Of a DNA stretch of 64,000 nucleotides, positions 37,481 to 48,327 are shown one piece after another. This stretch comes from Candidatus Omnitrophota bacterium (GTDB lineage: Bacteria > Omnitrophota > Omnitrophia > Omnitrophales > JACROU01): the NCBI GenBank assembly GCA_029261035.1, contig JAJDCD010000023.1, positions 365,126-429,125 of the forward strand, written 5' to 3'. The translations under genes and the position numbers were made by a program. How positions within the stretch are numbered: the stretch's first letter is position 1; every line of letters begins with the position of its first letter. The notes under the pieces were generated by a model. That model did no database searches. It was not told where the DNA came from and saw nothing but the letters and a program-made list of their open reading frames with translations.

Positions 37481-37714
37481 ATGAAAAACTTACTTAAAAG
37501 CTTTTTGTTGGTAATGCTTGTATTTGTTTTCTTTGCAGCGCCTCATTCAGTTGTTCAAGCCGGTGAACATGGTGGAACAGCGGTGATTGAAGACGTCGTG
37601 GAGGAAATGGATGAAGTGATAGAAGACGGCATGGAGGAAATGGATGAAGTAGTTGAAGAAGGTGAAGAAGTTGTGAAAGAACATGGTGGTTCTCATCATG
37701 ACGGTTCTCACTAG
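37481..37714 (+). CDS. Small secreted acidic protein with His-rich termini (putative periplasmic metal-binding peptide)
   Basis: A signal peptide is present. The mature protein begins GEHGG and ends EHGGSHHDGSH, with (V/M)(E/D)E repeats between. Confidence 0.5.
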   Translation: MKNLLKSFLLVMLVFVFFAAPHSVVQAGEHGGTAVIEDVVEEMDEVIEDGMEEMDEVVEEGEEVVKEHGGSHHDGSH

Positions 37715-37725
37715 ATTCTAAGTTG

Positions 37726-37770
37726 GAATATGCGCAAGATGGCTTGTTTTTTTCTTGCGCATATTCTTTT
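37726..37770 (+). terminator. Strong rho-independent terminator
   Basis: A 13-bp perfect stem (gaatatgcgcaag / cttgcgcatattc) with a T-rich loop is followed by TTTT. Confidence 0.75.
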
Positions 37771-37809
37771 GCAACAAGTCCTATTTAAAACTAAATAAAG
37801 AGGTGTTTT

Positions 37810-38214
37810 ATGTTCGTTCGAAAAATTACTTTTATGGTAGCATTGTTAATTTTTAGTTTAAGTTTTGGTGCTTTGTGGGCTCAGCCTTCTGCTGAAGGAT
37901 TGAGACAAACAATTCGGGACTATATCGCTGATGAAGAGGCATTTATGGGAGCTTTTTCTGTTGTCGATCCTAGAACAGGCAATGAAAGAACCTTAGAGCT
38001 TATTCGTGTCCACGAGCGTGTTGGGAAAACAGGGGATTACTATTACTCTTGTACGGATATGAAAGATGTTAATAGCGGAGATGAGTTGGATTTAGATTTT
38101 GATATTGAAGAAAAAAACGGAAAATTAAGTGTGGTTGAAGTGCGTATTCATAAAGATAATGGAAGTCCTCGTTACACTTATGATGCAAATGACAACTTAG
38201 TTCCTTTGAGCTAA
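37810..38214 (+). CDS. Secreted hypothetical protein
   Basis: It has a signal peptide and no recognisable family. Confidence 0.45.
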   Translation: MFVRKITFMVALLIFSLSFGALWAQPSAEGLRQTIRDYIADEEAFMGAFSVVDPRTGNERTLELIRVHERVGKTGDYYYSCTDMKDVNSGDELDLDFDIEEKNGKLSVVEVRIHKDNGSPRYTYDANDNLVPLS

Positions 38215-38228
38215 CTTACCTTATATAT

Positions 38229-40421
38229 ATGACAAAATATTCTTTTATACATTTAACAATTGTATTTGCTTTGTTGTTTTGTCATATACAACCTTTGGGT
38301 GCTGATATGCAATCGAATAAATATACCAATCGACTGAGCCAAGAGAAAAGCCCGTACTTGCTTCAACATGCACACAATCCTGTGGATTGGTATGCTTGGA
38401 ATGAGGAAGCTTTTGAAAAGGCACGGAAAGAAGATAAGCCTATTTTTCTTTCTGTGGGGTATTCAACCTGCCATTGGTGTCATGTTATGGAAAAAGAGTC
38501 TTTTGAAAATGAAGCGATTGCTCAGATTTTGAATGATCATTTTGTTTCCATTAAAGTCGACAGAGAAGAGCGTCCAGACGTAGACCAAGTTTATATGCAG
38601 GCTGTCATGGCGATGTCGGGTTCGGGTGGTTGGCCGATGAGTGTTTTTTTAACTCCAGATTTAAAACCCTTTTATGGAGGAACTTATTTTCCACCTGAGG
38701 ATAAATGGGGGAAGCCTGGGTTTGCGACTGTGCTTCGTTCGATTTCGGATAAATGGAAAGAGGACCGAGGCGTATTGCTCAAATCGAGTGAAGAGATTTC
38801 CGAATTTTTAAAAGCACAAACTCAAAATAAGACAGAAGAAAGCAAAGAGCTTACGGAAGATGTGTTGAAAAAAGCATTTCATCAGTATGAGTCTCAATAC
38901 GATGCGGAGCTGGGTGGTTTTGGCCCCGCACCTAAATTCCCTCGAACTCCTATTGTTTCTTTTCTTCTTCGCTATTGGAAAAGGGAAGGGGACGTGAAGG
39001 CAATCGAAATGTCTGAAAGAACTCTCCAGATGATGGCGTTGGGAGGGATGTATGACCATCTTGGAGGCGGGTTTCATCGCTATTCAACCGATAAAAAATG
39101 GCATATTCCTCATTTTGAAAAAATGCTTTACGATCAAGCTTTGATATCAAAAACTTATTTAGAAGCCTACCAAGCAACTCAGAATTCTTTTTATGCCGAT
39201 GTCGTGGGAGACATTTTTAATTATGTGCTCAGGGAGATGACAAGCTCCGAAGGGGGTTTCTATTCTGCAGAGGATGCGGACAGCGCTGCTGACGAAGATA
39301 AGCCAGAGGATAAAACGGAAGGTGCTTTTTATGTTTGGGAAGAATCGGAAATTAAAAAAGCTTTAGGCAAAAAAAATGCAGAGATTTTTAATTTTGCTTT
39401 TGGGGTTTTGCCTGGAGGAAATGCAGAAGTAGATCCTCATGGAGATTTTAAAGATAAGAATACTTTATATGTAGCGAATTTAGTTGAAGGTGTAGCGAAA
39501 AAATTTGATCGGACAGAACCAGAAATTCTAGAAATTTTAAAAAGTGGCAGAAAAAAATTATTTGAGCAACGCAGAGAAAGGTTGCGGCCTTATTTAGATG
39601 ATAAAGTGCTTACAGATTGGAATGGTTTAATGATTTCCAGTTTGGCTTTTGGTTCAAGAGTGTTGGGAGATGATAATTACAAGCAAGCAGCAATGAAAGC
39701 CGCTGATTTTATTTTGGATAAATTAGTAACCCCTGAAGGTCGGTTGCTTCATCGTTATCGCGATGGAGAATCAGGGATAACGGGTTTTATAGAGGATTAT
39801 GCTTTTTTCATTTATGGTCTTTTGGATCTTTATGAAGCGACTTTCGAAGTTCGTTATTTAAAAGAAGCAATTCGGCTTGCTCAAGAAATGAAGCGCCTGT
39901 TTTGGGATAAAGAAAAAGGCGGCTTCTTTTTTACAGCTAGCGATGCAGAGCAGCTTATTTCTCCTATGAAAGAAATTTATGATGGAGCTATTCCTTCAGG
40001 AAACTCTATGGCTACATTAGTTCTTTTAAGACTGAATCGAATGACCATGGAATCTGATTGGAATGAAGATGCTTTAAAAACGTTAAGTGCTTTTTCTTCA
40101 GAAATAGAGCGGATGCCTTCAGGGTACCCCCAGATGTTGATTGCCTTAGATTTTTCTTTAGGACCCAATAGAGAAGTTGTTTTGGCAGCGGAGAGCGCTA
40201 AGGATGTTCAACCTATGGTTGATGAGTTGTTTGGATCATTTCTACCCAATAAAGTTGTTTTATTCCATTCAGACAAAGAATCTAAGATAGAAGAAGTGGT
40301 TCCTTTTATTGAAGGGTACCTCCCTATGGGAGGAAAACCTACGGCTTATGTGTGTCAAAACTTTGCCTGCCAATTACCTACGACAGAATTAACATCCTTT
40401 AAACAGCTCCTGAAAAAATAG
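38229..40421 (+). CDS. Thioredoxin-domain protein of the DUF255/YyaL family (N-terminal thioredoxin fold plus (alpha/alpha)6 barrel)
   Basis: A signal peptide is present. The hallmark [10 protein letters not shown] motif is followed by a long helical repeat region. Confidence 0.75.
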   Translation: MTKYSFIHLTIVFALLFCHIQPLGADMQSNKYTNRLSQEKSPYLLQHAHNPVDWYAWNEEAFEKARKEDKPIFLSVGYSTCHWCHVMEKESFENEAIAQILNDHFVSIKVDREERPDVDQVYMQAVMAMSGSGGWPMSVFLTPDLKPFYGGTYFPPEDKWGKPGFATVLRSISDKWKEDRGVLLKSSEEISEFLKAQTQNKTEESKELTEDVLKKAFHQYESQYDAELGGFGPAPKFPRTPIVSFLLRYWKREGDVKAIEMSERTLQMMALGGMYDHLGGGFHRYSTDKKWHIPHFEKMLYDQALISKTYLEAYQATQNSFYADVVGDIFNYVLREMTSSEGGFYSAEDADSAADEDKPEDKTEGAFYVWEESEIKKALGKKNAEIFNFAFGVLPGGNAEVDPHGDFKDKNTLYVANLVEGVAKKFDRTEPEILEILKSGRKKLFEQRRERLRPYLDDKVLTDWNGLMISSLAFGSRVLGDDNYKQAAMKAADFILDKLVTPEGRLLHRYRDGESGITGFIEDYAFFIYGLLDLYEATFEVRYLKEAIRLAQEMKRLFWDKEKGGFFFTASDAEQLISPMKEIYDGAIPSGNSMATLVLLRLNRMTMESDWNEDALKTLSAFSSEIERMPSGYPQMLIALDFSLGPNREVVLAAESAKDVQPMVDELFGSFLPNKVVLFHSDKESKIEEVVPFIEGYLPMGGKPTAYVCQNFACQLPTTELTSFKQLLKK

Positions 40422-40589
40422 ATATTTAAGTTGTTTAAATTAAATAACTTATAGTGATTTAAGTTTCTCACCACACCCCTCTTATTTGCAAATAACTCCT
40501 TTGTAGGTTAAATTTAATGGACTTTTCATCTCGTCCAGATATAAGCCAAAGGTGAAGTCGTTATTTCATGAAAGGAAGCTAAACCCAAA

Positions 40590-42083
40590 TTGATGAAGTT
40601 AGATTACTTATTTCCTCTTAAATCTTTCTATTCTTTTTTATGTCTTTTGCTGATTATTAGCTTTGTCTGTCCTTCTGCGCAGGCATCCATTCCTTCGTCT
40701 TTAGCAACAGTACAAGAAGAATATATTTCTAATTTTTCTCATAATAAAAAAGAAGTTATTATTATCCAAGATTTGCATACATCCACTCAGGTTCAGGAAA
40801 ATATTTCTGATGTGATTCGATACTATGTGAACGAGCAGAATGTCCAAGCAGTTGCTTATGAAGGAAATGAGGGAATCGTTGAAGTAGAAAAATTATTTTG
40901 GTTTTCTGATATACAACTTAAAAAAGAAGTGGCAGGGAGCCTTTTAAAAAAGCTTCGTCTCTCAGGCCCTGAATATGCGCGAGTGGTTAACAAGAAACCT
41001 TTTGAATTGCTGGGAATAGAAAATCATCAACTTTATCAAAAAAATATACAACAATTTAGAAAAGCACTCTACTTAAGGCAGGATGCAAAGAATAGAATTC
41101 TTTCTTTAAGAAAACAACTGTTACGCTCTTTGGCAGAGGTAGCTACTCCAGATGGAAAAAAGCTTCATAGGATGATGGAAAATTTTCATAATCAAAGGCT
41201 GAAGTTGACGGATTACCTATTGTCTTTAATGGGTTGGTTCGAAGGGGGGGATGCTTCTTTGTCCGATTTGCCTCATGTAAAGTTGTTGCTCGATTGGATT
41301 GAAGAGAATCGAGTTATAGATGCGGACCTATTAATCCAGGAATATGAAGAATTGCTCAAGGACCTTAAAATAGATAAGCGAGCGTTTCAATTAGAATCGA
41401 ATGAAGGGATGCAAAGCAAAGCATTTTGGAGCTATTTCGAGGCTCTCCAAAACGAAGTGAAGCAAAATTATCCTTATTTAAATCATTGGGTTTCTTATCA
41501 AATTAAAATTCAGAAAATGAGGTCTTGGGATTTGTTTGAGGAATTAGAGCTTCTAGAAAATAGAGTTACAAAGAAAGTTATGAAGAGGAAAGAGTTAAAG
41601 GTTGTACATGCTTTGAAATACTTGGATCAAATAAAGAGAATTGTTTCTTTGAAAGCAACTCGCGCTGATTGGGATTCTTATCTGAAGAACAAAAATGTAT
41701 TTCAAGAGAGTTACTTCAACAAAATCATTAATAAGGTTTTAGGTAGTAAACAAAAAAGTTCTCATTATGATGTCGCGCTAGAAGACTTGCTGAAGGCGGC
41801 GGCGGAGTTTTATTTAGTAGCACAAGAACGAGATGAAGTGATTACTCATAATTTATTTTCTGTTTTAAAAAGACACAATCGAGTTGTTCTGGTTGTGGGA
41901 GGGTTTCATACCGAAGGCCTTGTGCGTCAATTAAAGAAACAGAAAATTTCTTATTCCGTTCTTTCTCCTCATTATAAGGGACAGGATCTAAAAGCTGAAA
42001 AAAGGTATTTTGATTCTATGATGAATTTAGATTGGGATCATCAGAAAGATACCATTAGTCTTTTCTCTGCGGCATTCAACTAG
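40590..42083 (+). CDS. Secreted Tiki/TraB/GumN/ChaN-superfamily-like protein (paralog 1)
   Basis: A signal peptide is present. The N-terminal motifs VIIIQDLHTS…AYEGNEG compare with ChaN/Tiki GTxH…E(M)F. The C-terminal ERDEVI…VVLVVGGFHTEGLV…ISYSVL compares with the GumN/TraB R(N/D)xxM…VVGAxHLxG motif. It is paralogous to the N-terminal 450 aa of the 48763-52473 protein. Confidence 0.55.
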   Translation: MMKLDYLFPLKSFYSFLCLLLIISFVCPSAQASIPSSLATVQEEYISNFSHNKKEVIIIQDLHTSTQVQENISDVIRYYVNEQNVQAVAYEGNEGIVEVEKLFWFSDIQLKKEVAGSLLKKLRLSGPEYARVVNKKPFELLGIENHQLYQKNIQQFRKALYLRQDAKNRILSLRKQLLRSLAEVATPDGKKLHRMMENFHNQRLKLTDYLLSLMGWFEGGDASLSDLPHVKLLLDWIEENRVIDADLLIQEYEELLKDLKIDKRAFQLESNEGMQSKAFWSYFEALQNEVKQNYPYLNHWVSYQIKIQKMRSWDLFEELELLENRVTKKVMKRKELKVVHALKYLDQIKRIVSLKATRADWDSYLKNKNVFQESYFNKIINKVLGSKQKSSHYDVALEDLLKAAAEFYLVAQERDEVITHNLFSVLKRHNRVVLVVGGFHTEGLVRQLKKQKISYSVLSPHYKGQDLKAEKRYFDSMMNLDWDHQKDTISLFSAAFN

Positions 42084-42103
42084 AAAATCTCCACAACTAA
42101 AAA

Positions 42104-42919
42104 CTATTTTTCTTCAGCCGGTTCAATTTTCTCTTCGTTTTTGTGTGCTCTGTAGTATTTCATAAATTCTGGTAAAATTTGTTTGATGATATTAGAGGGG
42201 ATGGCAAAACTAATGCCTTGCGCTTCTTGGGCAACGATTTGATTGATGCCGATAAGCTTTCCTTCAATATTAACAAGAGCGCCTCCGCTGGAACCGGGAT
42301 TGATTGCCGCATCTGTTTGTATCACATTTTTTAAAATAACTTGCCCTTGAGGTGTGACTAAAGTGCGCTTGTTGGCACTAACGACTCCTGTTGTAATGGT
42401 ACTAGATAACCCATAAGGATTTCCTATTGCTATGACAGGCTCTCCAATGAGGAGCTGATCTGAATTTGCTAATTCAATTAATGTTAGTGGGAAAGGGGGC
42501 TCAATTTTTATAACTGCTAAATCATTAGGACGGTTGACGCCAATAAGCTTAGCAGGAAGTTTTTGTCCATTAAACAAAGTGACAAAAATGGTTGAGGCTG
42601 CTCTATCTACGACATGGGCATTCGTGAGAATCAGCCCTTCTTGATCAATGATAACTCCAGAGCCTAAGCTAGGGATTTTTTGTGCTTGAGCGGGTTGATT
42701 TTGATAGATTTTATCTAAGGCTTGTCCTTGATTTTTCCAGTAAGGATTTTTATTTAGAAGCACAACACGTTCTGTGCTGATGTTAACAACTGCAGGACTT
42801 ACTTTTTTGAAAATTCTAACGGCGGGTGTAACCCGTGCCGGATGGACATTTTGACTGTAGCCTGTAGAATCTATAACAAAAACAAAGAATAAAATAAAAA
42901 TGATTAAGTAGTGCTTCAT
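42104..42919 (-). CDS. Secreted trypsin-like serine protease (S1C/HtrA-like catalytic domain without PDZ)
   Basis: A signal peptide is present. The catalytic triad motifs TNAHVV, D-LAVIK and NPGSSGGAL are all found. Confidence 0.75.
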   Translation of the reverse strand: MKHYLIIFILFFVFVIDSTGYSQNVHPARVTPAVRIFKKVSPAVVNISTERVVLLNKNPYWKNQGQALDKIYQNQPAQAQKIPSLGSGVIIDQEGLILTNAHVVDRAASTIFVTLFNGQKLPAKLIGVNRPNDLAVIKIEPPFPLTLIELANSDQLLIGEPVIAIGNPYGLSSTITTGVVSANKRTLVTPQGQVILKNVIQTDAAINPGSSGGALVNIEGKLIGINQIVAQEAQGISFAIPSNIIKQILPEFMKYYRAHKNEEKIEPAEEK

Positions 42920-43011
42920 AATAAAATCCTTTTTAAGTATTGCTTATTAGACGAATCATCCTTGATTGTTATTCATCGTGTTCGTATGTCATTAATTCTA
43001 ACACATCTAGG

Positions 43012-44205
43012 CTAGCTTTCTTGCCAGGATACAACGTCGGTTTCACTTTTAGAACTATTTCCAGCATCTGCTAAGGCAGCGTCATAGTGAATGTTTGTAT
43101 TATCACTCGTTACTTTGTGGCCAACGACAGCTCCGAAGAAATCTAGGTTACCGTCGGAAGGGGAGCCGTTTAGGCTAATGCCATCTTGAAATTTCCCCGC
43201 CTCGGGAGCGTAGATTACTCCATAGAGAGACCCATCTCCTTGAAGCGTGACTTCATTATCACCTGATATTTTAATAATAAAATTAGCAGGCTTATTGTCA
43301 GGGGTGTTGACTGTATCTGCAACAATGCTGACATCACCTGTTACATAAAGTTCTACTGGCCCGGCGATATTGAGGGTGCTATTGCTTTCAATGGTAACTC
43401 CCGAAAATAAATGGGCACCACCGGCTAAAGGGCGTGTGGTTGAGGTTTCGACTAAAAGCTCACCGCTTGGAAGAAGGTTTTCTGGGATGCTAACAGGATC
43501 GAAAACACGTTGTGAGTTGTTGACTAAAGTGTTCCCTTGAATCGTGGCATTTCCCGAGACAGCAATGACTGAGTTAGGATCTCCTCCTGTACCGACAGTA
43601 ACATCCCCATCAACATTTGCATTGCCTGTAAGAGTGATGCTGTTCTGTGCAATTGTATTGCTGACAATGTGTCCTTCGGAACCGACATTGCCAGACTCTC
43701 CATATGCGCCTAGATCGGAATCGTAACTATCTGTGGTCGTATTTCCTTTTAATGTAATTGCTTTTTCAGCAAAAATGGGTTGGGCATATAATGCTTGTGG
43801 TGTAATTGTGATGTAGGATGTAACGGTTCTTTCTTGATAAGCATAAGATGCTGTTTGATTGTCGGGTGCGTATCCTGTAGAAATAATTTTTCTTACATTA
43901 GGGTTGCCGCCAGGGTCTGGTTGGATCACAGAGACAGAGTAAGAACCGTCTCCTAAGGACAGGGCATTTCCGGTGCCTGCGTAGTTGGCGTCTAAACTGA
44001 GCGCCGCAACAGCAGAGTCGACTCCTGCTTCAGCTAGATTGAAAGCAATGATGCGGTTTTGTTCCATTTCTATCTGCTTACGCTCACTCATGGAACTATT
44101 TAAGAGGGATGTGGAAATAGTAGCCATCACAATAATAAAGATCACAGAGGTAACCATAACAACCCCTTTGTTATTATTGAGATTTCTCAATTTAACTTCC
44201 ATCAT
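43012..44205 (-). CDS. Large pilin-like protein with PilX/TadG-like N-terminal hydrophobic segment and Gly/Asn/Thr-rich beta-repeat body
   Basis: The N-terminus NKG|VVMVTSVIFIIVMATIS resembles a PilX_N-type anchor. Many GNxTVxG repeats follow. I placed the start at the Met after the RBS GGAAAGGAAG. Confidence 0.5.
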   Translation of the reverse strand: MMEVKLRNLNNNKGVVMVTSVIFIIVMATISTSLLNSSMSERKQIEMEQNRIIAFNLAEAGVDSAVAALSLDANYAGTGNALSLGDGSYSVSVIQPDPGGNPNVRKIISTGYAPDNQTASYAYQERTVTSYITITPQALYAQPIFAEKAITLKGNTTTDSYDSDLGAYGESGNVGSEGHIVSNTIAQNSITLTGNANVDGDVTVGTGGDPNSVIAVSGNATIQGNTLVNNSQRVFDPVSIPENLLPSGELLVETSTTRPLAGGAHLFSGVTIESNSTLNIAGPVELYVTGDVSIVADTVNTPDNKPANFIIKISGDNEVTLQGDGSLYGVIYAPEAGKFQDGISLNGSPSDGNLDFFGAVVGHKVTSDNTNIHYDAALADAGNSSKSETDVVSWQES

Positions 44206-44307
44206 TACTTCCTTTCCCACATAAAGATACAACCTTTGCCCTTACTATTAATGATAAGGGGAAAAGAGATATTTTTCCATTAGATTATGTGGAATAGAAA
44301 GGTGGTT

Positions 44308-44883
44308 TTATGAGGTGTTTCTGAGATTGACTTCACCTGTGACAAAAATATTAACCGTTTGTCCTTTGAGCAGCGTGTTTGCCAGCCCCATATTTATGGT
44401 GATTTGAGAAGGGTTTCCAACCTGGTCCAGTTGAAATTGGAGTCGATTAGGATCTCCAGCATTATTATTTACATGGTTCGCTAAAACAATTTGAGAGGCG
44501 CTTCCGACTTGTGTGCGAAGGAGTTGTACATTATTAATGCCTCCGATGGAATAGGTGATTTGAGAAGACCAAGTAATTTCTCCTGTGTTAGAGTCAACCG
44601 TCTGTGGGATTTGAAAAGTGATATTATTTCCCTGGGCATTTACAGTAATTGTACTGGGTTGTGCTTGCCTTAGTTCTTTTAACATGCGATCAATAGATGA
44701 GCGCGCTTCTTGTTGCAGAGATAGTTTTTCACTGCCAATTTCTACTAATGTTTCTCCGGCTAAAAATATGGTCATAAGTAGAAGTCCTAAAATAGCAAAG
44801 ACGCCTAATGTGACCATCATCTCTAAAAGAGTCCAACCTTTTTTATTCCAAAAGATTCGTTTTTTTAGTGCCAGCATATTCAT
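44308..44883 (-). CDS. Prepilin-type N-terminal cleavage/methylation domain protein (minor pilin / pseudopilin)
   Basis: It has the class III signal KKG|WTLLEMMVTLGVFAILG, with Glu at +5. Confidence 0.7.
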   Translation of the reverse strand: MNMLALKKRIFWNKKGWTLLEMMVTLGVFAILGLLLMTIFLAGETLVEIGSEKLSLQQEARSSIDRMLKELRQAQPSTITVNAQGNNITFQIPQTVDSNTGEITWSSQITYSIGGINNVQLLRTQVGSASQIVLANHVNNNAGDPNRLQFQLDQVGNPSQITINMGLANTLLKGQTVNIFVTGEVNLRNTS

Positions 44884-44889
44884 ATCGAA

Positions 44890-45312
44890 TTACCTCTGTG
44901 TCACTAATGTTGTTAGTTGAGTCGTCATTGTTCTGTTATTTCCATTTTTTGTTGTTGAGTTCCAAGTCACAGAAATAGTTAGATTCAGTGGATTTTCTGT
45001 TGTAGACACATAATTAATTGTTACTTGTTCTCCAGGTAAGTTATTGAAACCCGCAATAGCTTGGTTATCCGGAAAAGTATTGATAACGTTTTCAGGAAAA
45101 AGCCCTATGGCACTTTGTTGTCTAACTTGCTCTATGGCTCTATGGGCGTCTTGTAAGGCGACAATTTCTTCGTAGCTCATTTCATTTGTTTGAGATATAT
45201 AGTTAACAGCAGAAATACTTAATGATAGAGCCACAAATAAAACAATGGCTGATATGAAGAACTCTAGCAACGAGAAACCTTTGGAATTTAAGATGTGACT
45301 TTTTTGTTTCAC
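44890..45312 (-). CDS. Prepilin-type pilin-like protein
   Basis: It has the signal KG|FSLLEFFISAIVLFVALSL, with Phe at +1 and Glu at +5. Confidence 0.7.
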   Translation of the reverse strand: MKQKSHILNSKGFSLLEFFISAIVLFVALSLSISAVNYISQTNEMSYEEIVALQDAHRAIEQVRQQSAIGLFPENVINTFPDNQAIAGFNNLPGEQVTINYVSTTENPLNLTISVTWNSTTKNGNNRTMTTQLTTLVTQR

Positions 45313-45494
45313 TCTCTTGCCCTCTTATAGTAATTCTAAATAGGTTGCGCGAGCCCTGTAAAAAAGTTTTAACAAATGACAAAAATTTTTACAACTCACT
45401 ATAAATTCTACACTTAGAGCATTGTATTCGCAAATGGTTCAAGGCATAATTATAGTAGGTGCATGGAGAATAACTGGGAAATGAGGCTGAAAAT

Positions 45495-45911
45495 ATGGAT
45501 ATCAAGCAAGGGGTTCAAGCGACAAAGGAAAAATTTAAAACAACCAAAGGGATCATGTTGGTAGAGCTTTTATTTAGTTTAGGAGTTCTAGTTGTGGTGA
45601 TGTTGGTCGCTTTTTATGTTCTGCTAGCCGCACACCATTTATCCGAAGAATCTAGGCAGCGATTACTTGCGCTTAATACTGCGAATACGGTTTTGGAAAT
45701 TGTGAAAGAAACACCTCTTCAGGGTGTGGGTGGAATCGTTCCGAATAATTTTTTGTCAGCTGATTTACCTAATGGAAATGTAGCTATTGTGACAAATCCA
45801 ATTAATTTAAATGGAGCGCAGATTGCGACGATTACGGTTAATGTAACTTGGGTTGGGCCGAGAGGGCGGGCTTTGAATCTGCAAATATCCACGATGAAGA
45901 GTGTTTTTTGA
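45495..45911 (+). CDS. Prepilin-type pseudopilin-like protein
   Basis: It has the signal TKG|IMLVELLFSLGVLVVVM, with Glu at +5. Confidence 0.65.
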   Translation: MDIKQGVQATKEKFKTTKGIMLVELLFSLGVLVVVMLVAFYVLLAAHHLSEESRQRLLALNTANTVLEIVKETPLQGVGGIVPNNFLSADLPNGNVAIVTNPINLNGAQIATITVNVTWVGPRGRALNLQISTMKSVF

Positions 45912-45921
45912 GGGGAATAAA

Positions 45922-46563
45922 ATGAATTTATTAAAAAAATGGAATAAAAAAGGTTTTACATTAGTAGAGTTATTAATGGTGGCAATTATTTTTCCACTTT
46001 TAATTCTAACAACTTATTCTGTTTTGGAAATGGCAGGGGTTATTTTTAGGAGTGATACGGTTTATTCTCAATTGAATCAGAGTTCGATGCAAGTGCTAAG
46101 ACATGTGACACGAGAAGTGTCTCAAACAAGTCCTTTAGCTTCTCCTAGCCATCTCAACATAACGTTAGACGGGCAAGGGCAATCGGTATTACGATTTCAA
46201 GTTCCTGTTGATTGGGATAATGACGGAGATGCCGTTCAAGGCACTAATAGCAATGTAGTCGAGTGGGGAGCTTACAATCAATCAGGAGATACTCAGAATG
46301 GAGTTTTGGACGGATGGGTTCAATATTCGGTTACGAATGGGCAATTGATTCGAGATGTTTTGACTTCAGGGCTTGTTGTAATTCAAGGAAATTCAAAAGT
46401 GATTTCAGATAATGTTACTTTATTCAGCACGATTCAAAATAATGATCGTATTCAACTTAATTTAACGGTTCAACGATCTGACACTGTAGGTCAAGGAGGA
46501 ACCGCCAGGCCGGTACAGCAAATTTTTAGTCAGGAAGTATTAATGAGAAATTCAGTAAATTAG
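45922..46563 (+). CDS. Prepilin-type pseudopilin-like protein
   Basis: It has the signal KKG|FTLVELLMVAII, with Phe at +1 and Glu at +5. GAGGGG precedes the ATG at 45922. Confidence 0.7.
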   Translation: MNLLKKWNKKGFTLVELLMVAIIFPLLILTTYSVLEMAGVIFRSDTVYSQLNQSSMQVLRHVTREVSQTSPLASPSHLNITLDGQGQSVLRFQVPVDWDNDGDAVQGTNSNVVEWGAYNQSGDTQNGVLDGWVQYSVTNGQLIRDVLTSGLVVIQGNSKVISDNVTLFSTIQNNDRIQLNLTVQRSDTVGQGGTARPVQQIFSQEVLMRNSVN

Positions 46564-46582
46564 TTTTGGTGAGGGGTTGTGA

Positions 46583-48028
46583 GTGATGGATAAAAAGAAG
46601 ATATTTCAAAATGACAATGGCTTTGTTCTGTTAGGAACTTATATGATGATTTTCTTTATATTAACACTCTCAAGTATCGCGTTAGGGAAATCCATATATG
46701 AGGTCCGTCATGTGGAAAGAGAAATGAATCGTTTAAGCAGTCACTTTGCTGCTGAGGCAGCCCTTCAAAGTGCTTTGTCTCAAATTGGGCAAAATGCATA
46801 TACGGGTTTTATTAATACTGCAGCTATTAATGTTGCTAATTTTCAATCTTCTTCAGGGATTGCCGTGGGAAGTTTTACCGCTAATTTAAGTTATCCGAAT
46901 CAAGCAGACTGGGTGGTTGTTACGGCGCAAGGGACAGTGAATGGAGAGACGCGTAATTTAGAAGGCCGTGTTTTTTTAGATTCTAATTTATCTAAATACT
47001 TAGTCTACACAACAGGTAACTTTTCTTCTGGAACAAATGCTCAGTATGGATACCATGATGGAGTCAACCCTGAAGGGGTTTCTTCGAATGAAAACGACAG
47101 AGCCGCGCTCTATTTCAACGGAGACTACAATGCTTCGGGAACGAATGTGCAAATTTATGGGGATGTTCATACACAAGGAAATATTACAGGAACAGGCTCG
47201 TCTCAGATTCATGGCGATGGTTATGCAAGCGATTTTGAATTAGATCAAAATGGGAATGTTGTGGATGACGGTATTAATGGAGCTATTGTAGTTACAGATG
47301 GATTTACAGATGATTCCGATCGCGATAATGATGGCAGTATAACGAGTATGGACGCTCCTGATCATCATGATTTAACAACTCTTGGCGAAGATGATGCACA
47401 CGCTATTGAACTCTTAACAGGGATTGATAACAATTTTTATCAGACCAATAATGACACTCCTTATTTTGCAGGAGTGAGTGCGGAAACACGTTTTGTCGAG
47501 TTTCAGGCGAGTGGTACTTCAACGCAAATTGTGGAATATTCTGCGGACTGGGTTGCTGTAATTAATAATTATACATTACCTGAAAGTGCCATTGTGTATG
47601 TGAACGGAGATGTTCACTTGCGCGGAGAGATTGAAGGTCGTGTGAGTGTTGTTTCTACCGATGACATTTACTTTGATGGCAACTTAACTTATACAGGCAA
47701 TAATTCTTTTGCAGACGCTACACACTCTACCGCTTTTTTGGCGCAAGATAAAATTTACATACGTCCTGTTGATGTTGAGGTTAGTGGCATTTTGTATGCT
47801 CAAAATGAAGATGGGGGCACCGCGTTGAATGGAGATTATGATTTAGCAGGAGTTTATAATCCTGATTCCAAAGCTCGTTTGAGGCTTTTCGGAAATAGAA
47901 TTCTTGAAGGCTCATCTAATACGGGAGTGTATGACGACCGTGTTTATGGATATGATGAAAATTTAAAATATTATAGACCGCCAGGCATTCCTGTTCAGCC
48001 TGAGTTGAGAATGGTGCGAGAAATTTAG
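46583..48028 (+). CDS. Large minor-pilin/PilX-like protein (481 aa)
   Basis: The N-terminus NG|FVLLGTYMMIFFILTLSSIALG is a hydrophobic anchor. A large Gly/Asn/Asp-rich body follows. Confidence 0.5.
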   Translation: MMDKKKIFQNDNGFVLLGTYMMIFFILTLSSIALGKSIYEVRHVEREMNRLSSHFAAEAALQSALSQIGQNAYTGFINTAAINVANFQSSSGIAVGSFTANLSYPNQADWVVVTAQGTVNGETRNLEGRVFLDSNLSKYLVYTTGNFSSGTNAQYGYHDGVNPEGVSSNENDRAALYFNGDYNASGTNVQIYGDVHTQGNITGTGSSQIHGDGYASDFELDQNGNVVDDGINGAIVVTDGFTDDSDRDNDGSITSMDAPDHHDLTTLGEDDAHAIELLTGIDNNFYQTNNDTPYFAGVSAETRFVEFQASGTSTQIVEYSADWVAVINNYTLPESAIVYVNGDVHLRGEIEGRVSVVSTDDIYFDGNLTYTGNNSFADATHSTAFLAQDKIYIRPVDVEVSGILYAQNEDGGTALNGDYDLAGVYNPDSKARLRLFGNRILEGSSNTGVYDDRVYGYDENLKYYRPPGIPVQPELRMVREI

Positions 48029-48039
48029 GGGGGAGTAAA

Positions 48040-48327
48040 ATGAATCGATATTTGTTAGTCATTGTCTTGCTTGTAGGAGTCGCAACTCTTTATTTGTATG
48101 GTCCTATGAAACCTCAACCCAAAGAAGTTGTGCTTAAAAAAACAGTTGTAGTTGAAGAATCTGGCCCCTTGCCAAAATTAGAGCAAAATTATAAATATGT
48201 GAGTCAATCAGAAGAAAAGAAAAAGAAGACTATTTTTGAGAGAGAAGAAGCGTTTGTTTTTAAAGAAGACCCTGACCGTCTGCAACCTATCCCAAAAGAG
48301 TACAAGAATATTCCTGTGGTTGATTAA
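48040..48327 (+). CDS. Small membrane-anchored protein (hypothetical)
   Basis: It has an N-terminal TM helix and a Lys/Glu-rich tail. It is co-directional and tightly spaced within the pilin block. Confidence 0.4.
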   Translation: MNRYLLVIVLLVGVATLYLYGPMKPQPKEVVLKKTVVVEESGPLPKLEQNYKYVSQSEEKKKKTIFEREEAFVFKEDPDRLQPIPKEYKNIPVVD

